A DNA stretch of 29,554 nucleotides from an uncultured archaeon (GTDB lineage Archaea; Asgardarchaeota; Thorarchaeia; Thorarchaeales; Thorarchaeaceae): positions 1 through 29,554 of the forward strand of contig CAZLEV010000027.1 in assembly GCA_964558645.1 (NCBI GenBank), in the 5' to 3' direction. Positions 10,380 to 20,055 of the stretch are shown here, one piece after another. Position 1 is the first letter of the stretch, and the number at the start of each line of letters is the position of its first letter. The position numbers and the translations under genes are program-made. The notes under the pieces were generated by a model, which saw nothing but the letters and a program-made list of their open reading frames with translations, was not told the origin of the DNA and did not search any database.

Positions 10380-11024
10380 TTACGACTCTATTGCATCCTT
10401 GATGATTTCGTCAATATCGGGTATAAACCTCTTCACCAAACTCAGGTCCTGCCTTCGATAAACTAGATTCGCATAGAAGAACCTTGGGTTCTTTACAAAG
10501 GGAGCAATTGACAAATGAAGCCAGTCAGGAACTTCATTCAAGGGAATATTCGGGACATCACCTTCGAACCCACACCAAGCTTTGGAATAGGACCTAAGGG
10601 GAAAATCAACTCTGTCTTTCAGGATTTTCGGAGGCTCAGCATCTAGTTCATTGCTAAGAGGCAATTGCTTCGCTCTCACTTTTGCATAGTAGTTCAGTTC
10701 GTGCCAGATTATCGGAGGAACTTCGCCTAATGCCTGCTCAAGAACGACAAACAACTGCTCCATACCACTGGTCAAATCGTTGAGCCTGTTTGAGCTAATC
10801 GCTAAGTGGCCTTTCGTGCTGTTATAAGAAGTTTCCGTTTTTCCTCGAACTAGGCGATCAATCCGCATTTGGAGCCCCATGTCATCCACAGCCACAGTTA
10901 TTCCCCTATCAGGTGGCAGAAAGAATCCCTTTGATTTTGCCGTATCTAGAACCTCCTCGAATTCGAATGGCTGTGGACTAGCGAATCCCGCAGTAAGCGC
11001 CGCTCTGATGACGATTATTCTCAA
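10380..11024 (-). CDS. hypothetical protein, first gene of the PIN operon
   Basis: 214-aa ORF ending 10 bp before the next gene, with a GGTGA RBS in the gap; beta-rich pattern; start codon uncertain. Confidence 0.65.
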   Translation of the reverse strand: MRIIVIRAALTAGFASPQPFEFEEVLDTAKSKGFFLPPDRGITVAVDDMGLQMRIDRLVRGKTETSYNSTKGHLAISSNRLNDLTSGMEQLFVVLEQALGEVPPIIWHELNYYAKVRAKQLPLSNELDAEPPKILKDRVDFPLRSYSKAWCGFEGDVPNIPLNEVPDWLHLSIAPFVKNPRFFYANLVYRRQDLSLVKRFIPDIDEIIKDAIES

Positions 11025-11170
11025 GATCTCAGCCTTCCTCGTTTCTAATAGACTTGGTCCGATTTAAGTGTGAATGGTGGCGAAGAATGCGGTTTAGATG
11101 GTGAGCGAGAGTCATTTCAGGCTATGCCGGCAGACAGGCAAGATAGGGAAAAGCTCAGAGGCCGAGCCTT

Positions 11171-11629
11171 TTGGCCGCCGGCCCTGCACGAAGAAACGAC
11201 ATTCCTGAGTCGATAAGGAAGAGCTGGCATCACGCGTCTACCTATGGCATGGGTGCCATAGCTTCTGGAGAAGGAGTGCCAAAAACCTTGCGAAAACAAA
11301 GCCCGAAATCATCGAGAGCATCAGGGAGGACAAAAACTACGGATGCGGCTGTCGTGCTGAAACGATGCACATCGCTACGCGAAGACACTGTAGTAAATAG
11401 GGCTGTTCGTGATATGACACAAGGTCAATCCAAGGAAACCTCGTACTGGCTACTGGACACACTGAGAGAACTGGATGTGTTCAGGGAACATCCAAAGCTG
11501 AGAGCTTTGCTGGATAGACACAGCGATGAGATGCGAGGGCGAGTCTATCCTAAGAACATAGACAATCCGTCAGAAACAATCGCAACCTGTCGGTTCCTAG
11601 AGAACGAATGGCGGGCCCCGCCGGATTAG
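11171..11629 (+). CDS. hypothetical protein (5' end uncertain, possibly frameshifted)
   Basis: 152-aa ORF with a helical, protein-like C-terminal half; TTG start; an ATG at 11124 lies in another frame. Confidence 0.4.
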   Translation: MAAGPARRNDIPESIRKSWHHASTYGMGAIASGEGVPKTLRKQSPKSSRASGRTKTTDAAVVLKRCTSLREDTVVNRAVRDMTQGQSKETSYWLLDTLRELDVFREHPKLRALLDRHSDEMRGRVYPKNIDNPSETIATCRFLENEWRAPPD

Positions 11630-11809
11630 AACCAATTCGCTAGTCTGAAACAACAAACTTCTCATTCTGCTCAATGTATGATATCAAACCTAGTTTGAGC
11701 TAAGTGGATAACCACAAGATTGAATTAGTACATTTCCAGAGTCGATTGCGCAAGAGTCAGCTACAACCCGTAAAGGAGCCTGACACTTTAATTTCGGAGG
11801 ATTTCTTAG

Positions 11810-12859
11810 TTGAAGAACTTCGACACTAGGACTTTCAGCGTGAATGATATTCGTCAGTGGGAGGAAAGAAACGAGATAGTGCTTCAACCCAAGTTCCAGC
11901 GGAGAAGAGTCTGGAATGATATGGCCAGATCGTATCTCATTGATACCATTATTCGGGGAAAACCAATTCCAAAGCTGTTCATACGACAGAAAGTGGACAT
12001 GGAGACCATGCACACCATCCGTGAGGTTGTCGATGGGCAGCAGCGACTAACAACCATACTTGCTTTCCTTAAGGATGAAATCACCATCAAGCGAGCTCAC
12101 AGCGAGGAGTACGCGGGCAGGGGCTTCAGCCAACTTCCCGAGAACGTGAAAAAGGATTTTTTGGAGTATGAACTAGCATTTGATTTGCTGCCCAATGCAA
12201 CTGATGAAGAGGTACTGGATATTTTCGCGCGGCTCAACACCTACTCCGTGACCCTGAATCAGCAAGAGAAACTGAATGCTACGTTCTTTGGTGCTTTCAA
12301 GACAACATCTTATGCCTTGGCCTTTGAGTTCAATTCATTTTGGTTGATGAATCGGATTTTCACTGAAAGGAGAGTCGTTCGTATGGCAGAGGCCGAACTC
12401 ACTTCTGATCTTCTCATAGCTATGATTGAGGGAATTCATTCAAAGAAGGCAATCAAGAAACTCTACGAGAAATACGATGAGCATTTGCCCGATAAGAATG
12501 AGATGATGAAACAGTTTCGGCATACTATGGATACTATTGGGGAAATCCTTGGCCCCAATCTATCCTCTTCAAACTTCAGACGAGTGCAGGTATTCTATTC
12601 GCTGTTCTGTGCCTTGTATCATCTCCTTTATGGCTTAAAGAGGTTCGATGTTGAACGCAGAAAGATCCACGAATTCGACTACGAGTGTATCCGATTGGCT
12701 CTTGATGAAATCGACGGCATCTGGAATAGGAGAGAAGAAGATCGCACGCAGAAGGAGAGAGATTTCATCAATTGGTGTAGCCGTGCTACCACAGACGCAC
12801 CTGTTAGGGCGAAGAGAACCGAGTACATCTGCAGAGCCATTGTCAATAGGTTGGGGTAA
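11810..12859 (+). CDS. DUF262 (ParB/Srx-like, GmrSD N-terminal) domain protein
   Basis: QPKFQRRRVW, LIDTI..G.PIP, VVDGQQRLTT and IFARLN signature motifs. Confidence 0.93.
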   Translation: MKNFDTRTFSVNDIRQWEERNEIVLQPKFQRRRVWNDMARSYLIDTIIRGKPIPKLFIRQKVDMETMHTIREVVDGQQRLTTILAFLKDEITIKRAHSEEYAGRGFSQLPENVKKDFLEYELAFDLLPNATDEEVLDIFARLNTYSVTLNQQEKLNATFFGAFKTTSYALAFEFNSFWLMNRIFTERRVVRMAEAELTSDLLIAMIEGIHSKKAIKKLYEKYDEHLPDKNEMMKQFRHTMDTIGEILGPNLSSSNFRRVQVFYSLFCALYHLLYGLKRFDVERRKIHEFDYECIRLALDEIDGIWNRREEDRTQKERDFINWCSRATTDAPVRAKRTEYICRAIVNRLG

Positions 12860-12865
12860 TTCTCA

Positions 12866-13492
12866 ATGCCAAGAAGAGTGCTGAGACTTGTACTCGGGGA
12901 TTTGCAGACCGCCATAAGAACAGCAAGACGCAAAGTCATGAAAGCTCACCGACTATACAGGGACGATGGCAGTGGCGAACTCACAAAATCAGATTTCCAA
13001 GACTGGATTTCAGCAGTCTTTCAGAATGTTGTGTCTGCTTGGGAAACCTTTCTGGAGAACGCTTTTATCCTCTATGCTCTTGGAAAGAGATCTCCGAACG
13101 GAACTAGTACGAGTTGTAATGCTTCTTTCAGAACACGAGATGCAGTAAAGCAAATCCTTCGTGGTCCCGCCAGTTATGTCAAATGGAATGACCCTACCAC
13201 TGTCATTCAGTTAGCGGAGAGATACTTCCAAGATGGCACACCCTTCAGGATTCCAATTAGGAACAACCAGCGATTATTGCAGGATATCCTTACGATACGT
13301 AACGCACTAGGACATGGTACCGAAGATGTGTTTGAGAAGTATCAAGCTCTCGTACGTCATGAGCTGGCCCATTATCCAAGTGGACTCATGCCGGTCGACT
13401 TTCTTATGAGGAACCATGGGGCGAACGGCGCTACATATCTGGAATTCTATATACGTGTTATCGAAGTCACTGGTTCCCAGATAGTTCCATAG
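12866..13492 (+). CDS. HEPN domain putative ribonuclease
   Basis: VSAWETFLE helix and RNALGH (Rx4H) motif; 6 bp downstream of the DUF262 gene. Confidence 0.8.
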   Translation: MPRRVLRLVLGDLQTAIRTARRKVMKAHRLYRDDGSGELTKSDFQDWISAVFQNVVSAWETFLENAFILYALGKRSPNGTSTSCNASFRTRDAVKQILRGPASYVKWNDPTTVIQLAERYFQDGTPFRIPIRNNQRLLQDILTIRNALGHGTEDVFEKYQALVRHELAHYPSGLMPVDFLMRNHGANGATYLEFYIRVIEVTGSQIVP

Positions 13493-13915
13493 GTCTGTGG
13501 TTCATTCCTTCTCTGGGGTCATCCTGATAAGCCCAGTAGTAGAGCGCCCAGCATCCCCACTAGACATTCAATAGAAAAGAATCCATTTAGACCGGGTTTG
13601 AGTTGAGTACGAAACCGATCTGGGGGTAACGAAGCAAGAGAGACTCTCGACTCAAAAGATAGGATCATTCATCTCACGCAGGAGAACATGGCTGGCATCG
13701 ATTCAGGCAATCCGTAGATTTCATGACCCCTGTTCTTGTCCGAAGTCATACCATTGAAGCAATCCTAATATCTAGGTTTAAGATTGCCGAGATTGTGCCA
13801 AAACACCAAGCCAGCTCTCAAGTTTCAATCTGATTGCAACAAGCACCGGAATTGAACTAATCCAACAAGGCACTAAAATGTACCAAGACTACCTTATCTA
13901 TTGATGTGAGCAGCA

Positions 13916-16873
13916 CTATTCGCTAAAGTCTGTTAGTCTTGCCTGTCTTTCACTTATGATCTTTGCACCCTTTAGCTTCTTGACGCGTGTGCGTTTTTCA
14001 TCGATGCCCGAAACCATGACCCCCGCCTCAGTTGCTCCTTTCCGAGCTAGAAACATACTCTCCGCAATAGATGCGGTTTCTTCTGCAGAGTCTTCTAGCT
14101 CGAAGAGGGAGAGGATTGCCCTATCCAGTTCCAAAGTACCCGTTTCGCCTTTGTCCACAATCTCCCTGATCACGGCTTCTATTCTGCTCATCTCCTCCTT
14201 GGAAACCTTGCGTGGATCAAGAACTGGCATGTTCTCGGCCTCATATACCTGCAGTCTATTCATTCCGCCACCGGTTGTTCTGCCATGTAGTTCGCGAAAG
14301 ACAAGTCCAAGGCTCGAATTCATGAACCCACATATAACGATAGGCGAAGTGTCTTCCTCCATCTCAATCATATACATTTGACAGTCTGGTGTGGTTCCAG
14401 CATTCAAGAGGCAGACGGGTCTTCTATATTCCCAGTATTCTCTTGATAGCAGGAGGTCAGGTAGAGGTAACGGGCCAAGGTCAAACCAACATCCATTCTG
14501 GCTTCTGTTACTGGTGCACGTGGGTCTTCTTTGGGGTGGTTCGTGAGGAGACCAGTCTTTTTCCCACATACTATGTATTATGTATTCGTAAAGACCTTCA
14601 TGGCCATCGTTCAACAGACTGTTAAGTACATGAATCTCTTCCTGGGTTAGTTCCATTTCCTTCGCGTCGGATGGAAGTGTGTTCGGGTCTAGAGTGCATC
14701 CTTCCAGCCCTTCACTGTTCAACGCTCTCAGTATTTCATTAACATACTCATGCAAATCAAGAACCTGGTATTCAGTATCATCTGCGTTGAACTCAAGGCG
14801 TCGGGCCTGCTTGATGGACTTCATCAGGGGCTTCAGGAATCTCCTGTCAATATTGTAGGACTTGACCAGTTCTCGGTCAAGATAGAAGAAGTCATTGGCG
14901 CCTGTTGTCTTTCCTCGACTTACTTTAGCAATGTCCTTGAGCTGGCATAAGACCTCATGTCCAAGGAGGTCCCAGTAGAATGTCGGAGCATGAACGAACC
15001 GGTTCCATTTCTCCGCTCCCCTAAGCTCACTCTGGGTGAAAGTTATGGTTCGATAGTCTGGGCTATCGACGAGTATACCCGCCTCCATCTGCTTGTTTAA
15101 CATAGCTAAGATATCATCAACTTCCATTGCTTCCTTGACCCTCACGAACTTTGTGATGTTTCCATCACGTTCTCCATCGTCAGAACACTTCTCAAGAAGT
15201 GTGACACATGTTGGCACGAGGGGATCGGTGAACACTCGACGGGCAAAGCTGACAATAGCCCGTATTCTGAAGTTTTCGAGGAGGAATCTCTGGAGCCCTT
15301 CACCATAGCCTGCTGTCAACCACTTGTCCGAAGTGATGAAGCCCATCCGCCCCCCATCCTGTAGGAACTCTGAAGAGTGAGTGAAGAAGTAGACATAGAT
15401 GTCCGACCTCTCGCTCAGTTCTGAGTAGCCAATGCTTGAGAGATGCTCACGGCATTTCTTCTTGTTCCGTATCATCTCTTGCCTGATGTAGGGTGGATTG
15501 GCAACAATGGCACTGATTCCGTCGGTATGACCTCGCGAGGTTTCGTAAAGCTTGCTCGAGATCGGTTTTCTTAGACTTACCTTCTCAGCAAACAATCGTC
15601 CCTGCGAAGGATCAACATTGAAGAAGTCCTCCACCAAGAGAGTGATTCTTCGGGTTTCCTCTTGTAAGTCTTGGATAGCAAGGTTGATTGCTGACAAGTG
15701 CGCTGGAAACCGGTTGATGTCGATGCCGATGAGCCGAGAGAGGATTGTTTCATGATCCGCCTGAAGATTGTATTCTTCCCGAAGTTTCTTTAATTGATTG
15801 TAGGCAACTATCAGGAAGCTACCGCTTCCACAAGCCGGATCAAGCACCACATCTTGAGGTGATGTTACAGTCGCCTTCACAATTAGGTCAACAATTTCGG
15901 GTGGAGTGTAGTACTGACCTAAGTCATGACGTTCTGAAGCGGGTATAATGTCCTCGTAGATATGGCCTATCGTGTCGTACTGGAACCTGTTGAGATCATA
16001 TTTCTCAAGTTCCTCAAGAAACTCACCTGTTTCTTTTGCAGCCCTATCCGACAAATGGACCTCATCGAAGATCGGGTCGTGTTCGTATATAGCTTCGAAG
16101 TCCGCCTCTTTGGTGAATGTCTTGAAGCTCTCTCTCCTCTTATTTGGCTCTCTTAGATTCTGGAGACCAAGATTGGGAACATCATGGCCGGTGTCCTGTA
16201 GGACTTTGTAGAACAGGAGCTTGTTCATCAGAAGGTAAGCGCTCTGTTTTGCAAAACGATTCTGTGTTTCACCCTTCTCCGGACTCCAGCCTTGCTTCGC
16301 GGCCCACTTCTGGAAGACTTCCTCAAAATGCTTCGTCGGGCTCTTGACATACTTGAGCATTTCTTTAGCAAGCCGTTGATGGAACAGCCGAAGACGATTG
16401 ACGAAGGCTCGCGGATCTGGCTCCCAGCCTATCTTTCCGGCACTTAGCGCTGCAACCTGCTCCAAGAGTTCCGAGGCGAATATTCTAGGACTCTTCACTT
16501 CATACGCCCTCGATTTCCTATGTAGAAGAGGAACGCCTTTCTCGAAGGTTCTGAACAGGACAAGAACCTGCCCGTTATAGGTCGCGAAAAAGTCTGCACC
16601 AAGTGCAAAAGCATATTCGGATGCCTGCTGGATGACCCGCGGAGAATAGGGATCCAAGTCTCGGTCAACGCCATGTTTGCTTTCTCTCTTTGCTTCAATG
16701 ACTAACAGGCATCTACCCATCTCATCTTCAACTACAATATCAGCCCGCCGAAGACCTACAGACTTTTCAGGAATTACTGATCCAAAGGAGATTCCATGGT
16801 ATCTAGGACATTTCTCAATCGCATTCTTCAAGTGTCTGTATAGTTCAAAATGGATATCGGCCTCTTTGTTCAA
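13916..16873 (-). CDS. fused restriction-modification enzyme (type IIG-like): HsdR_N-like endonuclease, N6-adenine methyltransferase and target-recognition region
   Basis: RRADIV...VIEAKR...QASEYA...ATYNG nuclease; GQYYTP, LDPACGSGSF, GIDIN and ANPPYIRQE methyltransferase motifs. Confidence 0.93.
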   Translation of the reverse strand: MNKEADIHFELYRHLKNAIEKCPRYHGISFGSVIPEKSVGLRRADIVVEDEMGRCLLVIEAKRESKHGVDRDLDPYSPRVIQQASEYAFALGADFFATYNGQVLVLFRTFEKGVPLLHRKSRAYEVKSPRIFASELLEQVAALSAGKIGWEPDPRAFVNRLRLFHQRLAKEMLKYVKSPTKHFEEVFQKWAAKQGWSPEKGETQNRFAKQSAYLLMNKLLFYKVLQDTGHDVPNLGLQNLREPNKRRESFKTFTKEADFEAIYEHDPIFDEVHLSDRAAKETGEFLEELEKYDLNRFQYDTIGHIYEDIIPASERHDLGQYYTPPEIVDLIVKATVTSPQDVVLDPACGSGSFLIVAYNQLKKLREEYNLQADHETILSRLIGIDINRFPAHLSAINLAIQDLQEETRRITLLVEDFFNVDPSQGRLFAEKVSLRKPISSKLYETSRGHTDGISAIVANPPYIRQEMIRNKKKCREHLSSIGYSELSERSDIYVYFFTHSSEFLQDGGRMGFITSDKWLTAGYGEGLQRFLLENFRIRAIVSFARRVFTDPLVPTCVTLLEKCSDDGERDGNITKFVRVKEAMEVDDILAMLNKQMEAGILVDSPDYRTITFTQSELRGAEKWNRFVHAPTFYWDLLGHEVLCQLKDIAKVSRGKTTGANDFFYLDRELVKSYNIDRRFLKPLMKSIKQARRLEFNADDTEYQVLDLHEYVNEILRALNSEGLEGCTLDPNTLPSDAKEMELTQEEIHVLNSLLNDGHEGLYEYIIHSMWEKDWSPHEPPQRRPTCTSNRSQNGCWFDLGPLPLPDLLLSREYWEYRRPVCLLNAGTTPDCQMYMIEMEEDTSPIVICGFMNSSLGLVFRELHGRTTGGGMNRLQVYEAENMPVLDPRKVSKEEMSRIEAVIREIVDKGETGTLELDRAILSLFELEDSAEETASIAESMFLARKGATEAGVMVSGIDEKRTRVKKLKGAKIISERQARLTDFSE

Positions 16874-17345
16874 ATCCTCACCCGCGTAAATCTGTTCTCG
16901 GCAACTTCTTCACAGAAACTCTGTTGATGATCAGTCCGCCAGTTTCTTTCCAGGTTCAGGTTTTAATCCCCAACCTTGTCGAGCTAATCTGATTCAACGT
17001 TGTCTGATATTCTTTTCGAGATGCTGCGAGAATGTGTACATATACACCTTCCCGCGAAGGTGTATTGGCCCGTTTTGGCCCTATCCGGTTCAAACTAATC
17101 CAAGCTCCAGTGATTATAGGTGGCGACCCCACGGGAAATCGTGGTAGGAGGGGGGAGTTTCGTAATGAGGGCATGTAACGAAAACTAGCCCGCAGGGCCG
17201 CCATGTTTCCGCTGGTCCGTACCACTCGATATTGCTTCTTCACGCTTCCTAATAAAACCCTATCATCTGACAGCGAGGGGTCCTTTTCTAGCTCCCGCCA
17301 ACACAACCTACTGATCACCATTAGAACAACTGCTCGCCAGGAGAA

Positions 17346-18308
17346 ATGAGCAACCGACAACTTGACAGAACCCTCAGAAGAAACAGTCAAATAGGCACGA
17401 TTCCCACCCTGACACCGGGAGTATTGTACGTAATGAGCATTCTGTTCTTTCCTCCAGAAAGGAAATCTGACAACCTCGCCTATCTCATATTTCCCACGAG
17501 CTTCGTGGTCTTTCTTCACTCACTTGGCATCATTAATCTAGAGGGGACCGCTTCAATCGGGGGGGCTGTGATTGGCGTTTCGGCTCTTGCTCTTTTTCTC
17601 TACATCACTGCACCTGTCGACATATACCTTCGGCGACACACGAGAGGAAAATTCCAGGGAAGGAGGCTAGAAAGGCTTGCCATGGCACTCAACGAGTGGT
17701 ACTTCGGACCGGCAGATCGTCACCGGTCCAAGGAGATGTTCAAGAAGGTGGCAAAGACATGGATATCCAACGCGATCTCCAGTTATGCGCTCAGACAGAG
17801 GTTCGGAAGAATTCGCGTCCTATACTATTTTGGAATCAGCTGTGGGTTCTATGTCTTTGCGCTTGCAGTGTTTCTCACCGGCTTGCTACCGTCCATCGGG
17901 CCGATAGCTATCTATCCTCCATTCATCAATACCGCTCGCCAAGCAGTCTACTGTCCGGCTACGATTCTGGGAACAGCCGGTGTCTGGCTGTTTCTATATC
18001 TTGTATACAGGGGCCGGCGGGTATACGGTTCCTATCTTTATCGGGACATTGCATATGTGGCCGAGTATCTTGCAGTGGAGAATCTCAAGGCAGGAGAATA
18101 TCGCACCCTTGTTGATGGAGGTTCTTCGTTTACACAACCCACGAATGGAATCAATGCCGTGAGAATGGCGGTTGATGAGCTAAGGCACTTTGGCAACATG
18201 CTGCTAAGAGGGGACCTTGACACGTTCTCGACAATCTGGGGGAATCAGTGGTCAAAGATACGCAACGAGAAGAACCAACCGCGACGAGAAACTCAAGACA
18301 CCCGATGA
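17346..18308 (+). CDS. hypothetical multi-pass membrane protein (start may be ATG at 17433)
   Basis: Two pairs of TM helices separated by a basic soluble loop; soluble C-terminus. Confidence 0.7.
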   Translation: MSNRQLDRTLRRNSQIGTIPTLTPGVLYVMSILFFPPERKSDNLAYLIFPTSFVVFLHSLGIINLEGTASIGGAVIGVSALALFLYITAPVDIYLRRHTRGKFQGRRLERLAMALNEWYFGPADRHRSKEMFKKVAKTWISNAISSYALRQRFGRIRVLYYFGISCGFYVFALAVFLTGLLPSIGPIAIYPPFINTARQAVYCPATILGTAGVWLFLYLVYRGRRVYGSYLYRDIAYVAEYLAVENLKAGEYRTLVDGGSSFTQPTNGINAVRMAVDELRHFGNMLLRGDLDTFSTIWGNQWSKIRNEKNQPRRETQDTR

Positions 18309-18350
18309 GGGTCACTTTTCAACGTACAACAACACGATATACTGATTACC

Positions 18351-18604
18351 ATGGGCAGAACCGTTCGCACCCTCAGAGATGCCATCAATGTCGAGGACAG
18401 CGATGTAAGCAGGTCAGGCGCACACTCCGACCTGAAGACCGTGAGACACTGGACTGGATTTTCAACGCGGCACGACAGCACGGAGATGCCGGGACCATCT
18501 ACACCGCCCCGCGCATGACCGAGGTCACCATGCTCTTCGCCCTCATCGAGGTTGTCAAGAGGTTGAATGCAATCGAACAAAGGCAGGACTCGAGCATTGA
18601 CTAG
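18351..18604 (+). pseudogene. frameshifted small helical protein resembling the archaeal MGRT-start family found in PolB2 operons
   Basis: ATG at 18351 reads MGRTVRTLRDAINVE; a shifted frame continues QRCKQVRRTLRPEDRETLDWIFNAARQHGDAG...to TAG at 18604; span is 254 nt, one base short of an intact 85 codons. Confidence 0.7.
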
Positions 18605-18624
18605 TCGTTGAACCCCGTAACTAC

Positions 18625-19608
18625 TCATGCCTGATACAGAACTCCTGAAGACTCTGAATTCTCCTTGGCCTCCTTGTAGGGGCGAGTGAAGGTGTCCCAG
18701 TCGGCCGTTGATACTAATCTGTTGATGAGCTGCTTACTCCAATTGATCAGCTTCTCTACGTTTGATATCTTGAATAGGAGTCGAGTCGGACTGAAGTTAG
18801 TCTGGAGATGAATCCTAGAGATCAGTTCGAAAAGGTGCAACTTCTCCCCTGTAATAGGTTCAAGTTTCAGATTCTCTCTTTGTTTGTGAACAAAGCCCAC
18901 TGTGAATTCGAAGGAGATGGATACTCTGCCGCTGCACCCATTCTTCCACTGTAGGTCAATGCGCCCTCCCTTCTCCTGCTGTGAGTAGTCAAGTACGTAG
19001 GCACCAGGAGCCTTGAAAGCATAGGGTTGAATGTGCTGACCGATTGGCGACTTCTTCATTCTGATTTTATCTTTCAGAGGCTTCGGTTCATACTCACCGT
19101 CAAAGGGTTCTCTCCGGTGAGTAATCTCAGAGATTGTAAGAAGCTCGAGAAACGGAACCAAATCTAGGAGCTCTGATGTGGCAGATGTCGGCGATTCGCT
19201 CGCCTTCCTTATGGTCTGAGTGAATTCGTCCCTTTGCTTTTCTGTAGATCGAGTAAACTCGAAAAGGAACTTCTCTGAGGGCGGATATCCCACAACGCGA
19301 TGAGGAAGCCCAGTGTCGCGATCAAAGAAATACGATATCTGGATTTCACGTTCTATCTTGCATGATGGCCGCAGGGTGCGAACTGCTAATCTCCACATTA
19401 TGAGTACCGTGGATAAAGAGGCTAGACCTGCAACACCCCCCCTAGTTGCCCATGTAGTCGGATCTACTGAGATATCATAACTTGAACTGATGAAGTCGGA
19501 TATCAGGTTGAGAGTCAAGCCAAACAGAATCGCTGTGATGATGATATTCCACTGCTCTCCCCGAATCCTCTGAATGCGTTCTAAATGAGATTCTTCCACG
19601 AATATCAA
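18625..19608 (-). CDS. hypothetical protein with two N-terminal TM helices
   Basis: WNIIITAILFGLTLNLISDFI and GGVAGLASLSTVLIMW TM segments, then a soluble domain with a beta-rich C-terminal part. Confidence 0.75.
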   Translation of the reverse strand: MIFVEESHLERIQRIRGEQWNIIITAILFGLTLNLISDFISSSYDISVDPTTWATRGGVAGLASLSTVLIMWRLAVRTLRPSCKIEREIQISYFFDRDTGLPHRVVGYPPSEKFLFEFTRSTEKQRDEFTQTIRKASESPTSATSELLDLVPFLELLTISEITHRREPFDGEYEPKPLKDKIRMKKSPIGQHIQPYAFKAPGAYVLDYSQQEKGGRIDLQWKNGCSGRVSISFEFTVGFVHKQRENLKLEPITGEKLHLFELISRIHLQTNFSPTRLLFKISNVEKLINWSKQLINRLVSTADWDTFTRPYKEAKENSESSGVLYQA

Positions 19609-20055
19609 CTGCTTGAAAAGATGTCTGAAAGTTCATAAATCCCTTCATCATTGGTGTCGGTTTCTAGTTCAGTTGCGAAATATCACTGCAAATCCAGCCG
19701 TCCTTGAGAGTCCAGAACCCATTCCTCTGATACTGGACTGCCATCTCGGACAAATCGCCTGATCCTGTCTTGCCCAATCTCCATGAGCCAAAGTCCGTAC
19801 ATGCCCATCGCCCCTGTTCCCGCATGACCCGCTCAATTATTGCCCGATTGCTTATTTCACAGCGACCTGCCGTGATCCCTATCGCTATCTCCGAGTTTTG
19901 CAGCATCTTCGCGATACTTCGCGACTTTGGGATTGTCAAACACAAGAGCAATCACCTGCACCGCTCCGTCACGAGCAAGGAGATCGATGGAAAGCCACAA
20001 AGAGCTGTACCTTCAAATGCCGGGGTTACTCTGTGGATATGCGAGAGTGTGAAGA

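Noticed and set aside
17121-17203. Canonical tRNA gene
   Set aside because: No TTC T-loop and no proper D or anticodon arms; kept only as a structured-element finding
16956-17519. 187-aa minus-strand ORF
   Set aside because: Overlaps the membrane gene antisense and spans the structured element; no recognisable motifs
18248-18350. N-terminus of the 118-aa ORF 18248..18604
   Set aside because: Better explained as a frameshifted gene starting at 18351
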